A stretch of DNA of 64,000 nt from Amoebophrya sp. A120 (lineage: Eukaryota; Protista; Dinoflagellata). The notes beneath the pieces are model-generated. The model made no database searches. It was given only the letters and a program-made list of their open reading frames with translations, and was not told where the DNA came from. The translations under genes and the position numbers were made by a program. Below are positions 35,166-47,263 of the stretch, in pieces. The number at the start of each line of letters is the position of its first letter. Positions within the stretch are counted from its first letter, which is position 1. The DNA is taken from contig CAJINV010000004.1 in assembly GCA_905178155.1 (NCBI GenBank), positions 10,258,381 through 10,322,380 on the forward strand, written 5' to 3'.

Positions 35166-38100
35166 ATGAGCACTTCTATGCAGCAGCAGGAGCTGCAGCC
35201 GTACAAGTGCGAGCTTCGGCTTGGCGGCATGACGTGCAGTGCGTGTAGCGGCACGATTGAAAATATGCTGAGGAAGACGGACGGCGTGGAGCAGGCGCAC
35301 GTATTGCTGTTGCTCAACAAGGCAGTGATCACGTACAACCGAGCGAAGGTCACCGCTAAGGACTTGGCGGAGAACGTGGACGACATCGGATTCGACGCAG
35401 AAGTGGTGAAAGACCACGCGGTGGCAACAAACGCGACCGGTCCTGCTGCAGGAGCGGCTGCACCAGGAACTACTACAGCCGACCCAGCCAGCGTGCAATT
35501 ATCGATGGAGGGAAATGGAAAGCAAAAGCAGCAGCAAACCGCAGGAGCAAGAGCAGACGGCGCGCTGGACGAAAACCTTCACGCGGGTGTTGAACACGTC
35601 GAAAATGATATACAAAATCACCAGCAGCACGACCTCCAAGAACAAGACACTTCCGACGAAGAGGTCTGCGAGCTCCACCTGTGGGAGTGGCCGAGTGAGC
35701 GCGCCGATTTGGACCAAATCGAGCACTTCTTTCCGCCGGGTAGCATTTTGTCCGTCCGCGCTCTGCGACCCCGGAAAAAACGGTCGATGAAGAAGTCGCG
35801 GAAATACATCACGAATTCGATCCCCTCCTGGCTGAAATCGAGCTCCGGAGGGACTTACGCGGCGTTTCTGGACGACAGTGGTAGTGCTGACAAAAGTCCG
35901 AAGCACGGTCGTGCTAGACGGGAAGATCATGATGGCGATGTAGTCGTAGCAGGGAGAAGAAGTGATTCGGAGCAAGATGCTCGTCACTACGAGCACGAGG
36001 ACGACGAGGCGACAACCTCTTCGGACGAAGAAGTTGAACAGCGGCGCGGCTCAGGCTCGTCCAAGAGGGAAGTTCGTCTCCAAAAGAACCCCGCAGCATC
36101 GCGGCGTCTCTCGACCCGGTCCTCAGACGAGGAGGCGACTTCTATGAAGAACCCTGCTGCGGGCGAAACCACAGACGGCGCTGCGACTTCTCCCGCGAAT
36201 CTGCACGGTGCAATACCGCCACCCGGATCGGGCCGGAGGCACGTCGGTAATATTGTTCCGGCGTTTGGATCCTCTTCAAAAGGTCCGATCCACCAACGGC
36301 TGCGGACGACCTCGGCGGATGACATTGTTGTGACTACGGACGATTTTAGAGGAAGCAAGGCGGAGACGAGTGCTGGTGATCAGCACCGCTTTGGTGCAAA
36401 AAATGCTGCACAAACTAGTACACAACTCCACCAACCAGTATTACTCAGCCCCAACGCCGCGGTTCCGAGTTCATCTACCGGCCCGCAAGGATCCTTTAGA
36501 AGTACACTGGCAACCGTTCAAGTAGATCATGACCGTAGTTCCGCATCTGCTTCGACCACGACCCTTGTCTGCATCCGCTACTACCCGGACAAGGTTTCCG
36601 CAAGGCAAATTCTCCAGCTTGCGAGACAGCATCTCAGCAGGGAGATCAACCACGACTACGAAAGGTTTCAGCTCTTCCAACGGCACAACAAGCCGGAGAA
36701 CATCGAAGCAACCGAACTGCGGAAGAATTGTCTCCGGTCCATGCCCTTCGCTTTGGCCATGCTGGTGATGGTGTTTGTCCTCCCGCATGAGTACGGCCAC
36801 ACGAAATTCTACAAGTACTTGAACGAGACCCAAATCGTGCCCGGACTGCATGTATGGATTGCAAAAATGTCTGGGTCTGGAAGAATGCAGGAGTTTGTCA
36901 TGCAGATTTCGCATGACTCCTGATGTCTGTGATGCATGCTCTAGCATCACAGATCTTGCGAGGGCTTCCTGATGCCTACACTGCATGAGAAATGCCCTCT
37001 CGCCGTGGTAAAAACTGGACCCCTTTTGCTGTTCATGCAATGCAGATTTATTGTGGAATCCAAATCCAGCATGACAAGTTGCAACCTTCCAGACCCAGAC
37101 ATGTTTGCAATGCATAGCACGTGAAAACCGTGATTTTCTTGCTTCTCGCCACGCCCGTATCCTGAGTAAAAACGTACCCACACCATAGTTGTCATGCAAC
37201 TCTGCATGCTTAAAATGTTTCTCATGCGGAGCCCCATGAGAAGCGTTTTCTAATGCGGTTTTGAAATTTGTCATGCTCCAATCAGCACGAGATGCTAGAT
37301 CTGTAATGCTGCTAAACTAGCTCAAACAGCACTACACTACGCGGACAAACTTGTCATGCCAGACAACCAAAGCTGGCTGATTTGTCTAGCAGATTCCCCA
37401 TCCTGACTCTGGTGTGGGTACGTTTTTACTCAGGATAGCCCGTGCAGTTCATCTTCGGAGCGCGGTTTCACCGCGGGGCGCGGAAAGCTTGGAAGAACAA
37501 AACGCCGAACATGGACGTGTTAGTGTCCGTCGCCGCGACCGTCAGTTACGCGTATTCCGTTCTCGTGTTATTAATAGCGATCATCGCGGCCACTTTTTTC
37601 AATCTGGACTGCCGCCAACCCCCACCGCACTTTTTCGAGGCACCGACGACACTGATTGCGGTGTTGTTGGGCGGAAAGTACCTGGAAGTGAGGACGAAAC
37701 AGCGGACCGTTGCGGTGCTGGAACGGCTGTTGCAGCAGAAGAGCGATAAGAATGCTAGTGATGGTGGCTCTGGTCGAGACACGGTACGGGTAGTGACTTT
37801 GGTCTCGCAGCAGCGGACGACAGGGGGGTCGATCATGGCGAGGACCAGCAGCTCGACAGCTGCAACATCTTCGTCCTCAACGTCTGCTCCCTCACTTCTG
37901 AAGCGGAAAATCAAGGCCATGCCGCTGGAGCTGCTGCACTATTCCGACCGGATTCTGCTTAAGCCAGGCGACCGCGTGCCTGTCGACGGAGTGATAACGG
38001 CGGATGAATTTGACGAAGCAGATACTAGTAACTTAAGTAACGCAAAGAGCGCATCGTCAACATCGTCTTCTACAAAAATCCGTGATGACAACAAAAATCT

Positions 38101-40689
38101 TCAGCAAATAACCCATCATCAACGCGTTACCGTCGATGAAGCTCTCTTAACCGGGGAATCACAAGGCGTCATCCGGGAAGTGCACCAGACGCTCTACGCC
38201 GGCAGCTTCGTGCTGAAAGGCTCGTGCTACCTGCAGCCGACGCGGATCGGGTCGAAGACGATGCTGAGCGAGATTGCCTCCATGGTGAAGGATGCGCAGT
38301 CGCACAAGCCGGAGATCGAGCGCATGGCCGACAAGATCGCGCGGAAGTTTGTGCCCGCGGTGATGCTGCTCGCGTTCTGCACCACGGTGATTTGGCTCAT
38401 CACGGTTTTTTCGTCGCCAGAGGTCCGCGCGCCGGAAAACGAGTCGATGGACAACATGATGATGCAGGACGAGGTATCAAAACGAAAAATCCCCCAACCC
38501 CATATCGAAACGAAGTTTGTGATGCTGGATTTGCGTACACAGATCAGATTTGTCTTGCTGGAGAGGACTGCAGGCCCATACCAAGTCTGAGCAGAGAGGT
38601 TTTGGGCTAGGCTCTTAGCATGAGAAACGTCTGCGCTGTAGGCCCAACAGCATCACAAATCGCCTGCATAAAGCGGCGGAGCCTGTGGAGTTGCCTTCTT
38701 GCAAGATAGAGACGATTTGTGGTCGCAAATCAGCATTGCAAATTTTCTGCTACGTGCCTTTTCGATATGGGGAGGGGGGATTTTCCCTCACAATACGAGG
38801 CGGGGACCTTTTTCGCCCACGCCTTTGACACGCTGTTCGCCCTGAAGTTTGGGCTGGCCGTGCTGCTGGTCGCCTGTCCCTGCGCGATGGGTTTGGCCAC
38901 GCCGACGGCAATCTTGGTCGCCACGGGCGTGGCAGCGGAGCGGGGAATCTTTTTGAAGGGCGGGTTTCCGCTGGAGAGCGGGGCGCGAAAGGGCCTGAAG
39001 ATCGTTCTAGACAAAACCGGGACGTTGACGGAAGGCAGATGCCGGGTGGTCGAGTCCGGCATCTACTATGACGTGTCTCCACCTGCTTCCGACACGAAAT
39101 CCTCTGTCTCCAGCACGAAATCGCCCGTGCAGCCGGGCGACGGAGCAGACCAGGTTTCCTCTACCAGCGCGTCGCGAACGATCGTGGTTCGGACCGGCAC
39201 TCTGGTGAGCGGAACTGCAAATACGGATCCCACAAGCTCTGCCGACCGAACACTTTTCAATGTGTCCGTTTCCAAAACCTCGTCCCTACACAGCAACCAA
39301 GCTGCCGTTGTCGCGTCCTCCTCCTCGCCGGCCCCGGGGGCAGATGCAGACCCAGACGAGAAACAAAACTACAAAACTGCAGAAACCATTGGTGCCACCC
39401 CGAATGCCAACGCCGACCCTCCAAACCTCGTGATCGGGAAACCGGTTGACCTCGCGGGCGAGGTTGAGGTTCAGGAGGAGGAGGATCGGCAACGGGACTT
39501 GTGGCACGCGGTCGCGGCGCTCGAAGATAAATCCGAACATCCGCTGGCCGTTGCGTTGGTCGCGTACGCGCGGAAGCAGACGAAGCGGTTGCTGCTAAAT
39601 CAACAGATGATGGGAGATGACTCGTACGCAGCGAGTCGTGCAGGAGTAGATTTGGTCGCCGAGAGCGGTTCGATCGCGTTTTCGCCCAACAATGATATCG
39701 AGTTGAAAGTGCGGAACTTTGAGAACGTCGCGGGGCGCGGAATCCAGGGAGAAGTACTGTTTCCGTGGCATAACGACGTCGAAAACCAGTGGCGATTCGT
39801 GAAAATCGGTAGTGCTGCGTTTGTGTTGAACGAGGAAAACAAGGGGCAGGCGACGTGGTCGTCCCTCGACGGTAGTAGCACCATGACAAATTCGAAAAGC
39901 GATCGTGCACTACAACCCGCGACCCCCGGCAGCTCCACCACATCACCAGCAGCCGCAACCAGCACCGCCGCCACGCTGATCTACGTTTCCATCGACGGCA
40001 TCCCCTTCGGCTGGGCGGCCGTCGCGGACAAAATCCGCCCGAACGTCGCGAAGTCCATCGCGAAACTGCAGCAAGAGTTCCAGGCGAAGGTCTATCTGTG
40101 CACCGGCGACGCGCGCCCGACGGCCGTCAGTGTGGCGACCGAAGTCGGGATCCCCCTGGCGCACGTGCGGGCCGAGTGTTTGCCGCAGGACAAGGCCGCG
40201 TTCGTGCAGGAGCTGCAGGCCTTGCCGCGCGGCGGGGTTTCCACGCCGTTTCAACAGATCCCGGCTGTGTCTTCCTCCACTTCAAAACCACATAAAAAGT
40301 CAATCGTTTTCTTCGTCGGCGACGGCCTGAACGACGCCGCCGCGCTGGCCGCCGCGGACGCGGGCTTGGCGATCGGGTGCGGCGCCAGCGTGTCTGTCCA
40401 CGCCGCAGACGTGGTTTTGGTGAAGGAAAATCTGGGCGAAACGCTGGTGCCGTTTCTGCAACTCGCACGGAAAACGATGGCTACGATCAAACTGAACTTT
40501 TTCTGGGCCTTTTGCTTCAACTTCTTGATGCTGCCCCTGGCCGCGGGCGTCTTCTACCAGTGCTGCGGACTCTCCGTGCCCCCACTGGTGGCCGGGACAG
40601 CGATGGCGTCGAGTAGCACGCTGGTGCTGTTGAGCTCGCTGCAGCTGCGGTACGTACATTTGTCCGACCCGGCGGCAGGGATAGAGTAG
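35166..40689 (+). CDS. P1B-type heavy-metal (Cu) transporting ATPase, ATP7/RAN1-like; 4 exons; start may be 34806
   Basis: GMTCSAC (HMA), LATPVQF, PNMDVL, LTGES, ACPC, DKTGT, SEHP, TGD, GDGLND, MASSS. Confidence 0.93.
36853..37116. mobile_element. introner family A
   Basis: DR gcatg/gcacg; removing 269 nt gives GLHVKTVIFLLLATP. Confidence 0.9.
37158..37437. mobile_element. introner family D with perfect 28-bp TIR
   Basis: tatcctgagtaaaaacgtacccacacca at both ends; DR gcccg; removing 285 nt restores LATPVQF. Confidence 0.93.
38475..38795. mobile_element. introner family H (also readable as a GT-AG intron 38474-38799)
   Basis: tatcaaaacgaaaaatcccccaaccccatatcgaaa..tttcgatatggggaggggggattttccctcacaata; DR cgagg; 326 nt. 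Confidence 0.88.
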
Positions 40690-41897
40690 AAGCACATATT
40701 AAAAAGGCGGCACGCGGTCGCAGTGCGGACCCAGTTACGCTTCACGTGTGACGTTGCTGCCTGTCGTCTCTCGGGGGCGAAAACTACAAGCAACCAGAAG
40801 ATCAAGATTCAATGCAAGACTTGAGTAGTACGTGTACGATACGATATCTGACTTTCTGTCTATTGGAAAGGTTTAGAGGCCAGCCCCCTAGTGATGCTTC
40901 ATGATCAAAATTTTTCAGATTGAGCTGCATATCGATATGTTTACTTGAGGCTCCATGCACGTGGTTCATGAGTGATCATCGCAACACTATCAATATCATG
41001 AGTGCGCAAAACGCACAACTTCGTGAATGTCACTTTGTGGTTCAAAATCTCGTTTCCGCGACAGAACAGCCACGATGACAACTTCATCTACAGTCCAAGT
41101 CCAAACCTGTGACGCATATTATCACAGCCTGTTTTAGACTCAACACCGGGGGACGAGGACATTGTGTTGACGTAAAAATGTTGTCGTTGTGGGCTATGCC
41201 TATGTTGCATGTTTTTCGCGTTTGCCAGTACCAGGAACCGCTCTGCTCGCTGAGGTGGAAACGCTGGCAACACCCAACCCGCCCCCTTGTGGTTTATCAA
41301 GCATGTACTAAGACGACCGTGGTTGCACTACAACTACACGATATTAACACACGTATTCAAAAAAGACAAAAAACCACACGCGCTTAGCGGCCACTTTAGG
41401 ACCACTTCACGATAGCCCGTGCTAAGCAACATTAATGCTTGTTTCGACGGAGCGAGGCAGCAAAATGAGAATGCAAGCCGCCAAGAGACTGTCATGAAGA
41501 TCGATACTATTCCAGAGAAATACAAGACCAAGGTTTCAGCGGTTACGGGTCTTTCCACCTTGGCGGATCCGTTAGACCTGCAGAACAAGGTGGGAGAAAC
41601 AAGATGCTGGAGCGTTTGTTCTCTACTGGTGTCGTGTCGTCCCGTCATTTATTTCTCGGTCGTCGGTCGGTTTACCTGCTCCCTATGACTAACTACACCT
41701 ATTCGGTTCATTTACTGGCACATTTCGATTTCTATTTCGAAGAACAAAAAGGTGCTCTGACCGCTGTGCACCTAAGTACTTGTCGCGTGCGTCATTTGAG
41801 ACTGAGAGTAGGTTTTTCTACGGCCATGAACAGCCTCAGCTGCCAAAAAAATTATCTGACGTGCTCATCCTTTTCCTTACCAAGTACTTAAAAACTC

Positions 41898-42581
41898 ATG
41901 GCTTTCCTCCCGAAACCCAAAAACAAACCGCCTGGTGGCGGCTCCGGCCACAATCGGGTTGCGCCAGCATCACCTCGTGCCTCCCCGCGTCCCTCTCCAC
42001 GGCCGTCACCCCGAGCAGGCGCAGCCGGTGGTCTGCGGAATCCTGCGAATGACCCCTCGCGGCTCGTCGTCGGTCCGTCGCCACGGGGAGTTGGCGGGCT
42101 CGGGCGCCGGCGGTCTCCACGACCTTCTGCGGAGCAGCAGGCAAAGAACCGTGGGGTCGCGCACTTGATGTCGCCGAGGCAACAACAAATGAGGAACAAC
42201 AGTAAGAGCAGCAGCAAGAGCAACGAAAGCATCGAGCCCCGAAGGACGAGATCGCCCCGCCCGCCCGAAGAGATTAAGTACGTGAGCAGCTATTCTGACA
42301 GCAGTCTCGAGCAGCCGGAGCACAGAATAAATGCAGGCGAGGGCAGTGCCGGGAAAGAAAAGTCCGCCCTGGCGAAGTGCGTCGAGAAACTGCCCTGCTT
42401 CCGCGCAATCAACGCCTGTTGCTACTGCTACGGCAAGTACATCAGCGGCTACAAGTGGTGTAGCTGTTTCTTCGATACGATACCCGGGAAGGTGTTTTGT
42501 GCGGTGTGCTTCGTCGGGCTGGCGGTGGGCTTCGGGTTCATGATTGCCGCTTTTTTGAATCTCTTTGACCGCGGAGACTGA
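41898..42581 (+). CDS. hypothetical protein with SPR-rich N-terminus, Cys-rich region and C-terminal TM helix
   Basis: 227-aa ORF, coding-like composition, on the same strand as its neighbours. Confidence 0.6.
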   Translation: MAFLPKPKNKPPGGGSGHNRVAPASPRASPRPSPRPSPRAGAAGGLRNPANDPSRLVVGPSPRGVGGLGRRRSPRPSAEQQAKNRGVAHLMSPRQQQMRNNSKSSSKSNESIEPRRTRSPRPPEEIKYVSSYSDSSLEQPEHRINAGEGSAGKEKSALAKCVEKLPCFRAINACCYCYGKYISGYKWCSCFFDTIPGKVFCAVCFVGLAVGFGFMIAAFLNLFDRGD

Positions 42582-43309
42582 TACTTTTTCGTGCTGGGCA
42601 TTGTTTTGTCCGTTGATGTTGCTTGCCTGAAGATGAGTTCTTATTTCGGCCTGAACTACACAGCGAGTTATTCATATTTTTTCGGATTGATGTTGTTCCA
42701 TAGCACTGCCGTCGCTCCACCGAATGTTGCTTCTGCAGCACAGCAAGATCAAAATCAAAACTGCACGGGAAATAAGCGAGATACAACTTTACGGATTTCT
42801 TGCGATTGCAGCGTGCGCCAGCGTTGGTACCAGGTGCGGATCCTTTTTTTCCTTCATCCTCTATTTCTTGTATTTGGTTCTGTTTCATGAAAACCAAAAC
42901 CCTAACATATCTTTTGATTTTCAGGAAGCACCTCGTAAGTAGCCAACATCTACCAGATGAGCCTCTTCTTGCAGTTTTTGGCACATGTTCATGTACAAAT
43001 TTTGAAGTGTTGTACTTAATCGTACGGTACCGGACCTATCTTCTAGAAGTTGAAGTTTTGAAGGAACCTCTTTGACAACTACTTCCGATCTTTCTATTAC
43101 TTCTGCCGGTTGTAAAGGCGTCTTTGAAAGCAAGCTCTTTGCCTTCGGCGCAGTCCGTGTCATTTTTTGAAAAGCGTTCGCGGTTGTGTCAATACAACTA
43201 GCAGATCGCTGTGTCTTAGTGTAGTATACTTCTTCTTCACGTACGAGGGAGGATTCGCATTCGCTGCTTTAGCTTTGTGTAGAAGTGGTCCTTTTGATGA
43301 ACTGCAAAA

Positions 43310-46300
43310 ATGTACAACTCGATGCTCTACTCCAATTCCTGTGGCGGGCCAGTTCTCCTCTTGCTTGTGATTTCTCTCGGACAGTTTGTGCTCCCGGCGC
43401 GATCCAGCGTGTGGAAGCGGGTCTCACTCAGCCCAGATTTATTGCCAGCCAGTTCCACTTCCCAGCATGCGACGCCCACACCACCGCCCGATTTACTTTC
43501 CAGAACTGTAGTCACTGTGCCTGAGGTTGTAACAGAGACAGTTGCTACATGTGGGCATTCTACTTTCGCCGCTTGTCGTGAATCCGAAGATTCGTCGTCA
43601 TCTTCTTCCACCACGACCTCAAGCATCCTTTTCTGGCGCCCAGGTTTTGCGGAATCGAAAGTCTTAACCGACTTCTTTCAGCATGTGGCGGGTGATGACA
43701 GAACAAGCCCCTCATCTATTTCCTGGAGCGAGCTGTGGCTGTTTCCGCTTCTGAAGCAGCACCAGGAAGAGACACGCTGGCTGCTCCTCAACTATCTGGG
43801 CCGCCGCGGCAAGGGGGATGAAGATGATCCGCGAGGACTTCAGACCGCCAGGGACCCCACAGCGAGCCTCGTCAACATTCAAAAATGTGCAAATAAAGCA
43901 GAAGAAGATCGCGTTCGCGACGACGACGAGCTTGGTCAAAATAGGATCCCTGAACAACACGACGAATCGTACCACCAGCATGCTCAGAATTATAAACCCC
44001 GGTCCCTGTCCGCGTCCAGTATGACCACCAGCGCGAGTAGCAGTTGGTTTGATCCTGGTGCTCCACCGGGAAGATCATCTTCTTCTGCAGCTCCTTCCGA
44101 AGCGTTTTCGTCTCCTCCCCACAAAAATTTGTTAAAATGGCTACAACTGGAGGGAGTAGAGGACGAGGATAATATGGATAACGACGAGGAGGAGGCACAA
44201 CGAAAAATCTTCCCAGGAAGAGCCGTAGAAAGAGAAGAAACTGCAGCAGTGCCCGTGGTAGAGCATCAAGAGCTATCGTGGGAAGAAGAAAGACAACTGG
44301 ACAACTTGCGGGTTGTGCCAATTCTGTTACGTGACGCCAGCATTCTTGATGACCGGGATGAAGCCCAAGATGATCATGCTCCTGTAGTCGATGCTGATGT
44401 TGATGGCAAAGAACTGACAACGAGCTCAGGAGCAGCTTCCTTGCCGCCCCTGCAAGCGACAACCTTGGCAAAGGTCGCAGATTTCCTGGCGTTGGACATG
44501 AAAAAATGCAACGAATGGATCATCCTCAACGTGGCGCGCGAACTACTTTCATCGACGGTGCGGGAGGACAAAAAAGAGGATGACGCACGGACGAGATCTA
44601 CACCACCTGCAGGATCCCGGAGTCGGGGTGCGGCGACTTCTACAGAAGTGTCTTCACTTGCAGTTTCCGAAACTGCAATTAAAAGCCTTGTCAATAACTT
44701 CCTTCTCGACCGCCCAACACGAAAGAGGCTGTGGCGGTGGTTTGCGAGCGAGGTCTTTTGGAACATGGATTTTGACAACGCCGACGATGACGAGAGCGAC
44801 CAAAAGGTAAAGGACCACGTCGGAGCTGCGGATGGTGGAAACCGCAGTGACCACGCAGCTTCACAAACTACACTAAAGTTGCTGCGCCACGAGATTTTCA
44901 ACGTGGACGCAGACCCCGATGCCCACCCCGCGGGGAAAGAGAAAGTAGAGCACGAGGAGGACAAAGAAGCACTGAACAAGCGCCGTGAAGATTATATCGC
45001 AGACGCGAGAGCCTGGATTCTGCGCGAATGGCGGGAGACTATTGACGAGCTGCTTTTGCCCTGGCTGGACCCAGATGCGAGGGAGACCTGGACGCAGAAT
45101 TTCTCCGTTGTGGCTGGAGGAGGAAGTACAAGAACCACTACAAGAACAGTAGAAACAGAAGCCGAAGCCGATCGTCCGCCATCTTGTCAGGTGGACGACT
45201 CGAGTCTTGCTTCGGGTTCGGACTTGGAGCCGAACAGGAACACCAGAAATGCGCACAAGAACGACCTAAAAGAACAAGAAGTGCGAAGACTTCCACGACA
45301 CAACAACAATGCCCCGACCATGCGTCACTTCGAACTCTACTATGACCGGATTTGCCAGCTGCTCACCTGGCTTTCGAATCCGATCCACCGAGCGCTTCCG
45401 GACTTCGACGAGGCGCTGGATGCGTGGGAAGACGACCGCAATCACTTCCGACACATCCTGACGGGGGTGACGCCAGCAACTGCAGCGATACAGGAACCAC
45501 CTGCTCCGCAGCGAGTGGTGGCCTCTTTGGCGGCAGCTACTGGTACAGGAGGTCGTGAAGGCATCTCCAATGCCACGACTACAAGACCCTCAGCTTCAAC
45601 CGGAGGTGCGGCTCCATCTACAGGAGCTCCTACAACCTCGCCGCCTAGCAACCAGCCAGCACCAAAAAGTAGAAACACGGTAATGATCACCTCCGCCGCG
45701 CTGCAGCGATTACGGCCGCAGATCATAGATACGATCCCTGCCCGGAAAACACTACAGATCCTGACCGAGCTCTTCCAGGGGTCGTTGCACGGAGACCCAA
45801 CTGGGATTGCTACGCAGATTGCGACCTTCATCTGGCGCGCCGGACGCTTTTTCACGGACCACCTGGCTGCACCAGGAAGAAAAAGTTATGTAGAGCAAAT
45901 GCAAAGCCAAAGAGACCACGACGTAAGCAGTGCAGACGAGGAAGAAATGGAACTGTCCCGCGCGGGTATCGCGAACCTGTCCGTTTCAAGAGGTGGACCA
46001 ACATCAGTGCCAGCGAGAAGTGCAGAGGACGGCGAGATGTTGAATGGAAATGGTGCAGCTTTACTACTTCAACATCCGGAAGCGATGACTTTCGAGGCAC
46101 AACAGCGTTACCACATGTCTACGTCACGACGGGCCCAAGAACGGGCCCCCGCGCTATTTCGGCCTGATGAACAAAATACCGGTTGGACGAGAACAAAGCA
46201 GAGTCTCTTTTTTCCGCAACGGCGGAGGGGGGATTGGGCACGGACCGCGGATCCAGGTGATGTTGCGAGAGGCTCAGCACTCCGTACGCCAACCACTGCA

Positions 46301-47263
46301 AAGAACCCCAGCTCTATTTACGCCACGTCCTACAGGCCTTCCACGCTCCAGGAGCTCGCCTTCCGGCTGTACACGCGCGCTCTGGCGACGCAAAACATCC
46401 AGGCCGAATTCCAGGAGATTCTGAAAGACCTGGAGCGCACCGAGAACTTCGCCGATCGCGAACGGCTCGTAGCGTACGCCCATAATGTCGAGTGGATAAC
46501 TTACGGCGGCACCGCCGTCGCTATACCTAGACGCAGTGGCCGGGCACCATCGCCATCTGCCGCCTTGCGAAACGCTTCTGGTGCCGCTGCGCACAACACC
46601 GACTTTGATGAAGGACAGCACGAAGACCGCGACCACGATGGTATCGGCTTCGAGATGAAACAGGACCTGCTTTACTTCTCGGAGCGGCATCCGAGGAGGG
46701 TGTTTCAGCTGGTCATCAAGGAACTCTCCGAACGCAACTACCGTCTCTCTCCGTATTGGCAGTCGGTGTTCGGGATGCTGCGTGCGGCTGGAACGATCAG
46801 TGGAACCACCCGAGGTGGTCCAAGCTTATTGGATCATGTTGACATCACTGCACACTCGCACATCAATCAGAAGTTGTCCTCACATTCCCAGGCGCAGAAC
46901 ATGGAAGAACGGGAGCAAAGCAGTAACGGACCTGCAGCCACGGTTTTTACAGAACATAGAGACACTAACATGCGACATGGTAGAGCGGCATCCGCAAGCA
47001 GTAGCACCGTCGGCGTTGCGCCTGCATCTTCTTCAGATGACCTCCGTCTGCACAGCGGCGACGGTCGTCGCGACTCCGTGCAAGATGAAATGAGTGCGGA
47101 TCTTCATGCAGCATCATCTTCATCTTGTTCTTCCGTGCCGCTTGATGATTCCTGCTCCTCCCCGTCAGCCTCCAGTACTACGCCAGCCCGGAGCTTTAAT
47201 TTTCTGCAAGCTTTTCCGGCCCTCCAGCTGCGTTTGCGCAGACTCTGGTCCTCGGAAACGTGA
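43310..47263 (+). CDS. large hypothetical protein with a possible signal peptide
   Basis: 1317-aa uninterrupted ORF; hydrophobic PVLLLLVISLG near the N-terminus; no domain recognised. Confidence 0.75.
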   Translation: MYNSMLYSNSCGGPVLLLLVISLGQFVLPARSSVWKRVSLSPDLLPASSTSQHATPTPPPDLLSRTVVTVPEVVTETVATCGHSTFAACRESEDSSSSSSTTTSSILFWRPGFAESKVLTDFFQHVAGDDRTSPSSISWSELWLFPLLKQHQEETRWLLLNYLGRRGKGDEDDPRGLQTARDPTASLVNIQKCANKAEEDRVRDDDELGQNRIPEQHDESYHQHAQNYKPRSLSASSMTTSASSSWFDPGAPPGRSSSSAAPSEAFSSPPHKNLLKWLQLEGVEDEDNMDNDEEEAQRKIFPGRAVEREETAAVPVVEHQELSWEEERQLDNLRVVPILLRDASILDDRDEAQDDHAPVVDADVDGKELTTSSGAASLPPLQATTLAKVADFLALDMKKCNEWIILNVARELLSSTVREDKKEDDARTRSTPPAGSRSRGAATSTEVSSLAVSETAIKSLVNNFLLDRPTRKRLWRWFASEVFWNMDFDNADDDESDQKVKDHVGAADGGNRSDHAASQTTLKLLRHEIFNVDADPDAHPAGKEKVEHEEDKEALNKRREDYIADARAWILREWRETIDELLLPWLDPDARETWTQNFSVVAGGGSTRTTTRTVETEAEADRPPSCQVDDSSLASGSDLEPNRNTRNAHKNDLKEQEVRRLPRHNNNAPTMRHFELYYDRICQLLTWLSNPIHRALPDFDEALDAWEDDRNHFRHILTGVTPATAAIQEPPAPQRVVASLAAATGTGGREGISNATTTRPSASTGGAAPSTGAPTTSPPSNQPAPKSRNTVMITSAALQRLRPQIIDTIPARKTLQILTELFQGSLHGDPTGIATQIATFIWRAGRFFTDHLAAPGRKSYVEQMQSQRDHDVSSADEEEMELSRAGIANLSVSRGGPTSVPARSAEDGEMLNGNGAALLLQHPEAMTFEAQQRYHMSTSRRAQERAPALFRPDEQNTGWTRTKQSLFFPQRRRGDWARTADPGDVARGSALRTPTTAKNPSSIYATSYRPSTLQELAFRLYTRALATQNIQAEFQEILKDLERTENFADRERLVAYAHNVEWITYGGTAVAIPRRSGRAPSPSAALRNASGAAAHNTDFDEGQHEDRDHDGIGFEMKQDLLYFSERHPRRVFQLVIKELSERNYRLSPYWQSVFGMLRAAGTISGTTRGGPSLLDHVDITAHSHINQKLSSHSQAQNMEEREQSSNGPAATVFTEHRDTNMRHGRAASASSSTVGVAPASSSDDLRLHSGDGRRDSVQDEMSADLHAASSSSCSSVPLDDSCSSPSASSTTPARSFNFLQAFPALQLRLRRLWSSET

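Noticed and set aside
42579-42620. Possible Sec read-through at the TGA ending ORF 41898
   Set aside because: Another stop follows about 11 codons later and no SECIS was recognised.
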